Below are positions 23,634 through 35,940 of a DNA stretch of 53,746 nt, in pieces. Position 1 is the first letter of the stretch; every line of letters begins with the position of its first letter. This DNA is from Octopus sinensis (lineage: Eukaryota): assembly GCF_006345805.1 (NCBI RefSeq), contig NW_021834888.1, forward strand, positions 1 to 53,746, given 5' to 3'. The position numbers and the translations under genes are program-made. The notes below the pieces were generated by a model. The model was not told the DNA's origin. It worked only from the letters and a program-made list of their open reading frames with translations, and did not search any database.

Positions 23634-24223
23634 CCTTTAGTATTTAAACTGGCCATATCTGGCCCAAATGTGAAGGCGCATGGTTCAGTGGTTGGAGTGT
23701 CGAGCTTACGATCGTGAGGTTGTGAGTTCGACTCCTGGACCGGGCTGCATGTTGTGTTCTTGAACAAGACACTTTATTTCACGTTGCTCCAGTTCAATCA
23801 GCTGTAGAAATGAGTTGTGATGTCACTGGTGCCAAGCTGTATTGGCCCCTTTGCCTTTCCCTTGGATAATATCGCTGGCATGGAGAGGGGAATCTGGTAT
23901 GCATGGGCAACTGCTGGTCTTCCATAAACAACCTTGCCCGGACTTGTGCCTCAGAGGGAAACTTTCTCGGTGCAATCCCATGGTCATTCATGACTGAAGG
24001 GGGTCACCCCCTTTTTTTTTGTTATCTGGCCCAAATATTCTCCTTGTTTTATGTTCAACCTGGTCAGATCTGGCCTCTCACACCTATTTTACAATGCCAT
24101 TCTAAAAAAAGACTAAACAGTCACATCATCAAAATCTTGAAGCTATGACATATTGCATGATGAATTCAAAACTGTTAATAAATAAGCATTATATTTGACA
24201 GAGTAGTCTGAGTGCTAAGGGGT
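23634..24223. mobile_element. piggyBac-like MITE
   Basis: TTAA|CCTTTAGTATT ... GAGTGCTAAGGGGT|TTAA (TTAA at 23630-33 and 24224-27); related left ends at about 15841, 27625 and 53295. Confidence 0.7.
23670..24022 (+). mobile_element. tRNA-derived SINE family D inserted in the piggyBac-like MITE
   Basis: GTGAAGGCGCATGGTTCAGTGGTTGGAG..GAGTTCGACTCC head; perfect 14-bp TSD TATCTGGCCCAAAT at 23656-69 and 24023-36. Confidence 0.9.
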
Positions 24224-24588
24224 TTAAGAGAGAAGGAGACTCCATAAGGTCAGTCTGATTGCTAAAAATAGCAACTAAATCTTCAAATAATACACATATT
24301 AAGCATTGTACCCCTAAAACTGTCAGGCCCCTGGACTCCACAGACACATGTACTGTTAACGTAGTTCTTAGAGAAATTGAGCATGACACAGAATGTGACA
24401 AGGTTGGCCATTTGAATTATAGATATTACTCATTTTTACCAGCTGAGTTGCCTAGTGCAACGTGAAATAAAGTGCCTTGCTCAAGGATGCAATGTGTCAC
24501 CAGGTATTGAACCTGTGACCTTACGACTGTGAGCTGAATATCTGAACCAGTAAGCCACACACCTTCACAGTGGGTTCTTACTCTAGAT

Positions 24589-24885
24589 TAGTAGTTCTCA
24601 TCCAGGCTCCATATGGCCCCTAAGGGTCCATATAAGATTTGGAGGGATCCACACAATAAAATAGTAAATTGTATTTTAAGGGCCACTGAAAACAATGTTG
24701 CTTTAGATTTATGTATTGGTATGTATTGCAAGAAACAGCTGGGTTTCTTTCTCTAGCATTTTACATAGTTAAAGCCACACAAGTTTATGTGTGGAAAGCA
24801 AAATAGGAATTTTGAAAGAAGTTTCTATAAAACCAATTTTAAGCATCGAATGACTATAGGGGTCCACCAGAATAAAATATTAATG
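24589..24885. mobile_element. partial hAT MITE, same family as 1451-1792
   Basis: Shares AAATAGGAATTTTGAAAGAAGTTTCTATAAAAC and GGGTCCACCAGAATAAAATA; right end displaced by SINE-C. Confidence 0.75.
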
Positions 24886-25210
24886 TATGGCACCTGTGTC
24901 GGTGGCACATAAAAAACACCATCCGAGCGTGGCCTTCTGCCAGCCTCGTCTGGCACCTGTGTTGGTGGCACATAAAAAACACCATCCGAGCGTGGCCGTT
25001 CGCCAGCCTCGTCTGGCACCTGTGTCGGTGGTACATAAAATCACCCACTACACTCTCGGAGTGGTTGGCGTTAGGAAGGGCATCCAGCTGTAGAAACACT
25101 GCCAGATCTGACTGTCCTGGTGCAGCCTTTGGGCTTGCCAGACCCCAGTTGAACCGTCCAACCCATACTAGCATGGAAAGAGGACGTTAAAAGATGATGA
25201 TGATGATGTA

Positions 25211-25918
25211 TGCTCTTCTTTGCTGTCATGCCTCACAAATGAACCTTTTCGGGGGACCAAATGGTGACTGGTGATGAGAAATGGGTTCTCTATAAAAATG
25301 TCAAGCACTGAAGACAGCGGATAGGGAAAGGAGAAACACCAGCATCCCAGGCCTTCCCCTAAGTAAGGTGTTGTTATCTGTTTGGTGGAACATGAAAGGT
25401 TTAGTCCACTTTGAACTTTTAAACCCAAACCAAACAATAAGAAAGGAGATCTACTGTGAGCAGCTTGAGCTGTTTAAGTCAACGCTTAAAGAAAAACAAG
25501 CATCTTTGGTTTCAAGACAAAAGGGTGTTCTTCCATCAGGATAATGCTTGGCCACATACAGTGAGGATGACATTTCAAAGGCTGGAGCAGTTTGAATGGG
25601 AAACAATATCCCATCTATCATATTCACTGGGCATTGCTCCATCTGATGATAATTTTTTTATTCCAGTCTTCAAAATCTTTTGGACAGAAAAAATTTGAGT
25701 TCTGTAGATGAGGTCAGAACAGTACTGGAGTAGTATTTTTCATAACAGACAAGTGAATTTTGGAAGAGGGCCTTTGCAAGTCTACCAGATAGATGGAAGA
25801 GCATTGTAGAAAATGAAGGAGAGTATATTTTAGATTTAAAAAAGAACTTTGTTTATCTTAATTTTGAAAAATAACAGATGTATAAAAAAACCTGCATTAT
25901 TTATGAGATGACCCAATA
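25211..25918 (+). pseudogene. mariner (DD34D-type) transposase 3' fragment with TIR
   Basis: Broken frames give MVTGDEKWVLYKN, VWWNMKGLVHFELL, FFHQDNAWPHT, YSLGIAPSD and LPDRWKSIVENEGEYILD; ends ATTATTTATGAGATGACCCAA-TA. Confidence 0.9.
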
Positions 25919-27887
25919 CAATGGTCTTCTTTCACTTTCATCATCATCATCATCATCATCATCTTTTAACGTCTGTTTTCCATGCTAGCATGGGTTGGAC
26001 AGTTCAACTGGGGTCTGGGAAGCCAGAAGGCTGCGCCAGGCCCAGTTTGATCTGGCAGTGTTTCTACAGCTGGACGCCCTTTCTAATGCCAACCACTCCG
26101 AGAGTGTAGTGGGTGCTTTTTATGTGCCACCTGCGCAGGTGCCAGACGAGGCTGGCAAACGGCCACGATCGGATGGTGCTTTTTACGTGGTCTGCCAAAT
26201 CCACTCACAAGGCTTTTAGTTGGCCTGAAGCTACAGTAGAAGACACCTGCCCAAGGTGCCATGCTGTGGGACTGAACCCGGAACCATGTGGTTGGTGAAC
26301 AAGCTACTTACCACACAGCCACAATGTATGTGCATCACATTACAATAACCTAGAGTGTTATATAGGTTTAAGTGGTTCTCAACTGAGTTTGAAAAAATTG
26401 GCAGAAAATCTTAAATAGATAACAATTCACATGCTTGTGAATCTTAAATATGTGTGCATATATTTAATGTAAATAAATCCTCTACCCATTGAAATGCACA
26501 CACAATTACAGAATTATTATTTTTAAAAAATTTTATTCAGATACATAAATAAATAAAAACTTGAAAAAAAAATTAACACGATGGTTTATTCATTTAAATA
26601 TAAAAAAAAACAAAAATAATTAACAAAAAGTAAAAAACGTATCTTTTAAGGTTAAGGTTCAGACTGGATGAAAATATTTCAAAATAAAAATATTTAGTAA
26701 GAGAACAATAGAGATTTTATGAAATTTGGTAACATGTGACTTTGTTTTATGAAGAATCTACCCCAAAACAGCCTCAAAGAAATGAATGGCATAACTGTGT
26801 TCTCTATCTTTCTCTCTCTTTTTACTCTTCTCTCTTTCTACCCCTTTCTATCTCTCTCTCTCTCTCTCTCTTTCTCTTCTTCTGTGTTTGTATTAATTGA
26901 ACATACAAAGTATGTATGCACTGAAATACGTGCAGTGTATATGCACTTGAAAATGCAGTCAGTATGTAGAAACAATGATCTTTTAGTTATGTAGCGAGCT
27001 GAACGTTTAATATAGGTACAAGCATGGCTGTGTGGTTAAGAAGCTCACATTGCAACCCTGAGGTCTTGGGTTCAGTTCTTACTTCTTTACTACCCACAAG
27101 GGGCTAAACGCAGAGGGGACAAACAAAGACAGACAAACGGATTAAGTCGATTATATCGACCCCGGTGTGTAACTGGTACTTATTTAATCGACCCTGAAAG
27201 GATGAAAGGCAAAGTCAACTTCAGCGGAATTTGAACTCAGAATGTAGCTACTCCCTGAGGCCCCTTTTGGAGCCCTCCTACCCTATATATACACACATAC
27301 ACACACACACACCATGAAACCATGAAACTGGCCCTTATGAGTTGATATAACATAAGAAAATAACTTTAACTTTATGGTCTACTCTGACTGATCTGTGAGA
27401 AATAGCAGCCAAATTTCTCTTTAGTCATATCCCACTGTTTTAAGAAGAAGGACTCTGTTGGATATCCCTGAAAAAACAGGATGGTCATGACTGGAATTAC
27501 TTCATTAGAGCTTGAGGTTAAGCAACTACTTAGAACTGGGTTAGCAAATGAGGGTGCCTCTTCATGGTTGTTCAAGATGCTAGAAATAGCAGCTATATCA
27601 TGCACAGATTGCAATTTATTGTTTTAACCTTTTTCATGCCAACACTCCTGAGGCTGCCCTTGGGTTCTCTGATATAAACTTCCTGATTTAAAATGATCCA
27701 AATTAAAATCTTCCATTAAAAGTTTATGTCAATAGACATGGCTGTGTGGTAATAAGCTTGCTTCCCAACCACATGGTTCTGGGTTCGGTTCTATTGCATG
27801 ACATCTGGGTCAGAAGTCTTCTGATATAGTGGATTTGGTTGATGGAAACTGAAAGAAACCCATTGTGTGTGTGTATACACATACACA

Positions 27888-27926
<39 letters not shown>

Positions 27927-28141
27927 TCTTTTCTACTCTAGGCACAAGGCCCAAAATTTTTGGGGAGGAGGCCATTGGGTTAGATCGACCACAATACACA
28001 ACTGGTACTTAATTTATTGACCCCAGAAGGATGCAAGGCAAAGTTGACCGTGACAGAATTTGAAGTCAGAACATAAAGACAGACAAAATACCGCAAAGCA
28101 TTTTGCCCGGTGTGCTAATGTTTCTGCCAGCTTGCCACCTC

Positions 28142-28195
<54 letters not shown>

Positions 28196-29298
28196 TTGTG
28201 TCTGTTGTCTGACTGCTTGACAGCTGGTGTTGGTTTGTTTACATCCCTGTAACCTTTTGCAAAAGAGACCAATAGTATGTGTCAGATGTTTAAAAAAATA
28301 AGTAGTGAGGTTGATTTGTTCAACTAAAATAAGTACAAGGTCACAAGTACTAGTATTAGAAATAGGCTTACAAAGAATAAGTCCTGCGGTCGATTTGTTC
28401 GACTAAAACCCTTTAAGGTGTTGCTCCAGCATAGCCACACTCAAATGACTGAAAGAAGTAAAAGAATTTTAAAAATGGTGGATTGGCAGATTGTCAGACA
28501 AAATGTCTCGTGATATTTTTTCTGGCTCTTAATATTCTGGGTTCAAATCCTGTTGAGATCCACTTTGCCTTTTGGCCTTCTGTTGTTGACAAAATAAACT
28601 GCTTATCAAGTAATGGGATTGATTTCATGAAGTAACACCCTCCATCACTTCCTCAAAATCCCTGCTCTTCTGTCTATGTTAATAGAGGTTATTGCATTTT
28701 CCAGCATGTTCTGGGCAAATGGCCTTGTGCTTCAGGTTTTGCGTTCATGATCACAAGATCAAAGGTGTGATTGCTGGACTGAGTATTGCATTTTGTTCTT
28801 GAGCAAGACACTCCATCTTACACTGCTCTGCAACCACATCAACATCTGCCATGCACAGTGTACTGTGCATCTTGTACAGGTAACAGGTAGCATCATTTTG
28901 TTGGAGGGAACGAGCTTATGTGTAGCACAAGCATTTGATCACTATAAACAAATCATTCGTGCTGAAAATTGCAAACAAGAAATTGCAGAACCATCTATCT
29001 CAGATTCAAAAAACTGCCGTTAATTAATTTTCCAGCAAACATGTTGTATATAGTGTAATCATGTAGTGTAAACATGTAGTGTAAACATGCATTACAAACA
29101 TTCAAACATCATTATCATCTTTTCCAAATCTTGCTGTATTTCACAGGGAATTTTTCCGCCTCTAAAGTTGACCTAGATTTTTAAACTGTAAATTTGGGTC
29201 AGAAATATTCAAATTGTACAAGGGAAAATGTGGTATTGGCAGAATTAGTAGAGCAACAGATTAAGTATCTTACATGTATATATATGTGTGTGTGTGTG

Positions 29299-29352
<54 letters not shown>

Positions 29353-29408
29353 TGTGTGTGTGTGTATATATGTGTGTGTATATATATATATGTGTGTGTG
29401 TGTGTGTA

Positions 29409-29462
<54 letters not shown>

Positions 29463-29465
<3 letters not shown>

Positions 29466-29668
29466 AGGCACATGGCTTAGTGGTTAGGGTGTCAGCATCA
29501 TGATCGTAAGATTGTGGTTTCGATTCCTTTCACATTGCTCCAGTCCACTCAGCTGGCAAAAATGAGTAACACTGTGATGGATTGGCTTCCTGTCCAGCTG
29601 GGGAACACATGCGCCATTGAAACCGGGAAACCGGGCCCATGAGCCTGGCTAGGTTTTAAAAGGGCGCA
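29463..29668 (+). mobile_element. tRNA-derived SINE family D, internally deleted
   Basis: GTGGAGGCACATGGCTTAGTGGTTAGGG head; GAAACCGGGAAACCGGGCCCATGAGCC tail. Confidence 0.75.
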
Positions 29669-30314
29669 TTTATTTATTATCTATTTATATATATATATAT
29701 TCTTTTCTACTCTAGGAACAAGGCCTGAAATTTTGGGGGAGGAGACCAGTGGGTCAGATCGACCCCAGTACACAACTGGTACTTAATTTATCAATCCCAG
29801 AAGGATGAAAGGCAAAGTCGAACTTGGCAGAATTTGAAGTCAGATTGTAAAGGCAGATGAAGTAGTGCTAACCATTTGGTCCGGCGTGCTAACGTGTCTG
29901 CTGGCTCGTCGTCTTGAGCATCAAGAATATTTTTTCCTACACTAGGCACAAGGCCCAAAATTTTGGGAGAAGGGGACAGCTGATTAGATCAACTCCAGTA
30001 TGCAACTGGTATTTTATTGACCCTGAAAGGCAAAGTCAACCTTGGTGGAATTTGAACTCAGACCGTAAAGACAGACAAAATAGTTTTGGCTCTTTGTGTT
30101 GTGAGTTCAAACCCTGTTAGAGCCCGATTTTTATTTTCATTCTTCCAAGGTTGATAAAATAAAAATTTTAGTCCTGCATTAGTGTGGACAGATTTGTCTC
30201 TTTATTTTTTTATTTTTGAAATTTCAAGGCAACTTTAAGATTAAATGAAAACTATTAAAGCTGCATTAAGGAAAATTTTATTAATTATATGGAAAAATAA
30301 TGTAATTACATTTA

Positions 30315-30563
30315 TTCATTATCATTACCATCATCATCGTTATCAGTATCAACATCACCTTCATCATCATCATCATTACCACCACCACTACCACCACCAC
30401 CATTATCATCAACTTCATCATCATCATCTTTGCCATCACAATCATCATCACATCACAATAACCAGCATCATCATCATTATCATCATCATCATCATCACCA
30501 TCACCATCTTCATCATCACCACCATCATCATCATCATCATCATTATCATCATATCACAATAAC

Positions 30564-30598
<35 letters not shown>

Positions 30599-30647
30599 CA
30601 TCACAATAACCATCATCATCATCATCATCATCATCATATCACAATAA

Positions 30648-30679
<32 letters not shown>

Positions 30680-30850
30680 CATCACAATAACCATCATCAT
30701 CATCATCATCATCATCATCACATCACAATAACCATCATCATCATCATCATTATCATCATATTACAATAACCATCATCATCATCTGGGTTTGCATCATCAT
30801 CACCATCATCCTCATTATCACTGTTATCATCATCACCATTGCCATCATTC
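30315..30850. repeat. (CAT)n microsatellite with recurring ATCACAATAAC spacer
   Basis: Spacer repeated about seven times at 30455-30775. Confidence 0.9.
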
Positions 30851-32126
30851 TACGTCTCCTTCCCATGCTGTCGTGGGTTGAATGGGTGGGTTGTTATGAA
30901 TTGAGTCTCTTCCCATTGTAAAAATATAATTACATTTATTGTAAAAAAAAAAAAATAGCAAAAAAGCAAAAAAAAAAACCCAAACAAAATGCATTATTAA
31001 TATTAAAGTAAGAAATTAAAATGTAAACTGACCTTTTAACAACTTAATATATATTAATAATTTAATTGTATTATGTATATTTAATTAATAAATATATTAT
31101 GTAATAAATAAAAATGTACAATCTTTGCTAAATTTGAAATTGTCGCTTTATTTTTTTCCAAAATTCCACATAGTCGTGTGGTTAAGGTGCTTGCTTTGCA
31201 ACAGTATGGTTTCAGGTTCAGTCCCACTGTGTGGCACGTTGGGCAAGTGTTTGTTACTATAGCCCCAGGCCAACCAATGGCCTGTGGGTGAATTTTATAC
31301 AGAGTGACAGAAACTGTACTGAAACCCATCATCATCATCATTGTCATCATTTAAAGTCTGTTGTCCATGCTGGCAGGGGTTGGATGGTATGACTGGGCTG
31401 GCATACTGGGCTGGCATACTGGAAGGCTGCACCAGGATAGAATCTGATTTGGCATGGTTTTCTAAGCCTGGGTGCCCCTTGTAATGACAACCACTCCAAG
31501 AATGTAATGGGTACTTTTATGTACCACTGGCACGGGTGCCATTTGTGTGACACCGAAGGGCATTTACAAGCTATTGGCACGAGTGCCAATTTGTGTGACA
31601 CTGGTATCTGCCACAACTGTGATTTTGCTCAGCTTGATGGATCTTCTTCTGAAGCACGACATAATGCCAAAGGTCTTGGTCATTGCCACTGAGAGACCCA
31701 ACATTCAAAAGGAACTCAGCCACTTTGCTTCCATATGGCCCAATCGTTATATATATATATATTTTTTAACTATATATCATCATCGTTTAATGTCCGTTTT
31801 CCATGCTAGCATGGGTTGGACGGTTCAACTGGGGTCTGGGAAGCCAGAAGGCTGTGCCAGGCCCAGTCTGATCTGGCAGTGTTTCTACAGCTGGATGCCC
31901 TTCCTAACGCCAACCACTCCGTGAGTGTAAAGGGTGCTTTTTACATGCCACCTGCACAGGTGCCAGACGAGGCTGGCAAATGGCCACAATCGGATGGTGC
32001 TTTTTACGTGCCACACACATATATATATATATATTATATATAGATTCAGATAAATATGATACTTAAGTTGAGGCACTAGAGTTTAGTACAGTATTATCCA
32101 TACAATTTCAAAGTAAGGTGATTAAA

Positions 32127-32265
32127 ATCAAAATAAGCAACAAGGATATCCAGAGGTAATGCAGTACGATCGTTTCATGCAACTCCATGCATTGTTCAAT
32201 TAAATGGAGTTGCATGAAACGATTGTACTGCATTACCTCTGGATATCCTTGTTGCTTATTTTGAT
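32127..32265. repeat. 62-bp near-perfect inverted repeat with a 15-nt loop
   Basis: Arms 32127-32188 and 32204-32265, 61/62 complementary; the exception is a G-T pair on the + strand. Confidence 0.95.
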
Positions 32266-32269
32266 ATAT

Positions 32270-32470
32270 AGTTAATCCCCCAAAAAATGAAGAAAAAACA
32301 ACAACGCAAGGACATGGTACATGCGAAGTATTAACAAACGCTCAGGGAAGGAAAGAAAGGTTGTTTTACATTTCGAGCAAAGCTCTTCTTCAGAAACAGG
32401 AGACAGAGGAAAGTCCAAGACAAAAGGAAGAAAGAGGAAAACAAAAAATAATTGCCAACGATCCACATGT
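32270..32470 (-). mobile_element. Penelope-like non-autonomous repeat (family X)
   Basis: Inverted homolog of 20405-20672. Confidence 0.65.
32362..32398 (-). ncRNA. minimal type I hammerhead motif (family X), canonical core
   Basis: UGUUU-CUGAAGA-A-GAGC uuu GCUC-GAAAU-GUA-AAACA. Confidence 0.75.
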
Positions 32471-32479
32471 ACTTACGTT

Positions 32480-32534
<55 letters not shown>

Positions 32535-32580
32535 ATATGTATATGTATTCTGTCTCTAAATAATATGTTGTTTTGGTGTA

Positions 32581-32649
32581 GCCACTGATGAGAACTTCAC
32601 CTAGCAAATTATTTTATTTGCTAATTAAAGTTCGAAACCTTGGTATAGC
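32581..32649 (+). ncRNA. type I hammerhead with extended stem II, copy 1
   Basis: GCCA-CUGAUGA-GAACUU cacc UAGCAAAU uauuuu AUUUGCUA auua AAGUUC-GAA-ACC uu GGU-A-UAGC; one C-A mismatch in stem I. Confidence 0.8.
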
Positions 32650-33786
32650 AGGGTAAAAGATTTTATTTTTTATTCCCTTCGAAATCGCTCTTAAATATGG
32701 TTTTAGATGTTTTGACTGCTCCTTCTAAGATGCAAGGCTGGGATAGAAAAAGTTGAATGCTGCATATGAGACTTGAACCTACATCTCATCTAAACATGAC
32801 AGTCTTTCTATCATTATAGCAAAACAATCTTTCAAATTTCTCTATCTGTTTTAGAAACTTTATTCTTACCATCTGACTTTATCCATCGAAAAGTTTTTTT
32901 TGTTAACCTATTATTTACAAGCTATTATTTATAGCTTTATCTGCTTCAAGACCCACTGTTACATAATCATCATTATCATCATGTAGCGTCTGCTTTTCAT
33001 GTTGGCATGGGTTAGATGGTTTGACTGAAACTGGTACGATGTTGGGCTGCACCAGGTTCGAATCTGGTTTGGCATGGTTTCTATAGCTGGAAGCCCTTCC
33101 TCATGCCAACCTCTCCAAGAGTGTAATGGGTGCTTTTTATGTGCCAGCATAACACCAGCATTGGCCTCAACTACAATTTCACTTGGCTTCACAGGTCTTC
33201 TCAAGCATGGCATATCACCAAAGGTCTGCCATGCTTGAGAAGACGCGTCAAGCCAAGTGGAACCAAACAAAAATAAAAGAAGAAACAAACAACAAAAGAC
33301 AAAACTCTACCCTGTTCGAGCTTATTGTGCATATGTTAGAAACCTTCACCTGCGCATTTGTGAGTCTTTGCCATAATACCTCTTCTTTGGATGCTAATGT
33401 ACCGAATTCTAAACCTTCCTTTTAAAAGGAGTCGAATCATCCCAACCTCCAACCCATCCTTCACCCCCCCACCCCGCCTACACTACTAGATTAAGTGAAA
33501 TCTAATAAAGCTGCAGGAAAGAAAATTTCATTTTAATTATATGGCAAAATGTAATTACATTTCATATCATCATCATCATCCTCATCATCATCACCATGAT
33601 TACCAACCATCATCATCCTTGCCATCACCATCATCATCACTGTCATTACCATCGTCACCACCATCACATCATTGTTGTCACCGTCACTACTATCACCATC
33701 ATAAATCATCACCATGACCATCACTAAAACCATCATCACTTCCACTGGTACCACCACCATCACCACCACCACCAACAACAACAACA

Positions 33787-33975
33787 GTGGAGGCGCAATG
33801 GCCCTGTGGTTAGGGCAGCGGACTCATGGTCTTAAGAACGCGGTTTCAATTCCCAGACCAGGCATTGTGAGTGTTTATTGAGCAAAAACACCTAAGCTCC
33901 ACGAGGCTTCAGCGGAGGGTAGTTGTGAACCCCGCTGTACTCTTTCACCACAACTTTCCCTCACTATTTCTTACT
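33787..33975 (+). mobile_element. tRNA-derived SINE family D, 3' truncated
   Basis: GTGGAGGCGCAATGGCCCTGTGGTTAGGGCAGCGGACTC head; matches 37719 and 43598. Confidence 0.85.
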
Positions 33976-35481
33976 ACTTCTGCCTCAAAGCAGAGGAATC
34001 ATGGTGTAACCCACTATGGTGTGGTAAACTTTCAGACCCTAGTCTAGAATGCGAATCCTCTGTACCCCACGATGGTTCAGCTCTCCACCCGTTAAAAAAG
34101 CCACCATTTATGGAATAAGGATAGCAATGTAGCTTTCGCGCACGTGCAACTGCCAGTCTATCGCGTGTGGTGGGTGGATCTTCAAGTTGCCACACGCACT
34201 CTTAGTAGCTTAGAGTAGGCTCGAATTAGAGATTATTCTTTGTGGCTGATGGCGTGAGTCCTGATTGGAAGAAGAAGAAGAAGACGACGATAACAACACT
34301 ACCGTGATCATCATCACCATCACTATCGTCCCCATCATCATTATTTATCATCGCAGTCATTATTCTACATCTGCTTTCCATGCTGGCATGGATTGGACAG
34401 GTTGATTGCTACACCCAAAAATCATATTCCACCCCCAAGTTTATTGCAAAAAATACAGATAATTACATTTACATGTTTGTTTTGCCAGAAGGTCCCTGAT
34501 GTGAAATCATGTGCTGAAACAGATATCGGTTATATTTTGGGAGGGTCATTTTTTCTTTGCCAAATAAACACACACACTACATATTTGTTGTTCACTTTAA
34601 ATTTATTTCCTTATTATTTTTATTTTATGTCCTTTGTCTGGAAATCTTTAGTCACTTGTCCTGTAACCATGTTTCTCCTGTTCTGTTTAGTCCATTCTGT
34701 TTTTCTAGCTAATAGATAATTATATTTATGGTAAAAAAAAATGAAAAAATGCATTAGAATATTTTAAAATTCAAAGAAAAAAATTAAATATTTCAACATT
34801 TAAAAAAAAAATGAAATAAATATCTTTTTTTTTCCTTTTACATTATGCAAAATGAATTTTTACAAGTGCAAGATGTCAAAAATCAAAGTAGCACCCACCT
34901 TCCCCCCTCTCTCTCATCAATACCCCACCCCACACCTTGGATTGTTTGTTTACAAAGATAAGAGATATTTCTAGAATGTCTGACGACCACAAACCGCAGA
35001 GACATCCTCCCACTCCCTGCACTGTCCTTCTTCCACCATGGCCACCACCACAACCACCACCACCACCACCGCTGACGCTGCCACCACTGCCGCCGCCACC
35101 ACCACCACCACCACCACCACCACCCTGATTCCCACCCATTCGCCTGCCCCGTCCACCGTCTCTCTTCAAATACTCCACTGTCATTGCCAAAAAGGTAAAA
35201 GGTTAACACCCTATCCACCCCCTTACCACCCACCCACCCACCCACCGCCCGCACTAAGAATTACAACAGACAAAGCAAATGAAACATCATTCACAGTATT
35301 ATCACCCCTCCCAGTTGCATTTTTCTACCCCACCCCATCACTGTCTCTATATCTCCTTAGACAAATATATACACATATATAAATATATATATTTGACTTT
35401 CTACCTATCTACATATTTATCTATGTATGTATCTATATATTTATATCTATGTGTGCATATATGTGTGTGTGTGTGTGTACA

Positions 35482-35523
<42 letters not shown>

Positions 35524-35940
35524 TGTGTGTGTGTGAGAGAATATATATTTTTTATTGCAAACACCAATACATAAATGCAGATATAAAAATTTTACTATGG
35601 GGTAAATCTCTATTTCTAACACACACAAATATGCATTTATATATTCTTTTATTCTCTTATTCTGTTACTTGTTTCAGTCATCTGACTGCAGCCATGCTGG
35701 AGCACTGCTTTGAGGTTTTTTTTTAGGTTGAACAAATTCACCCCAGGACTTATTTCAGTTTCCATCGTCTAAATCCACTCTCGAGGATCCGGTTGGCCTG
35801 AAGCTATAGTAGAAGACACTTGCCCAAGATGCCACGCTGTGGAACTGAACCCAGAACCATGTGGTTGGGAAGCAAGCTTCTTACCACCAGCCACGCCTGT
35901 GCCTATATATATATGTGTATGTGTGTGTGTGTGTGTGTTT

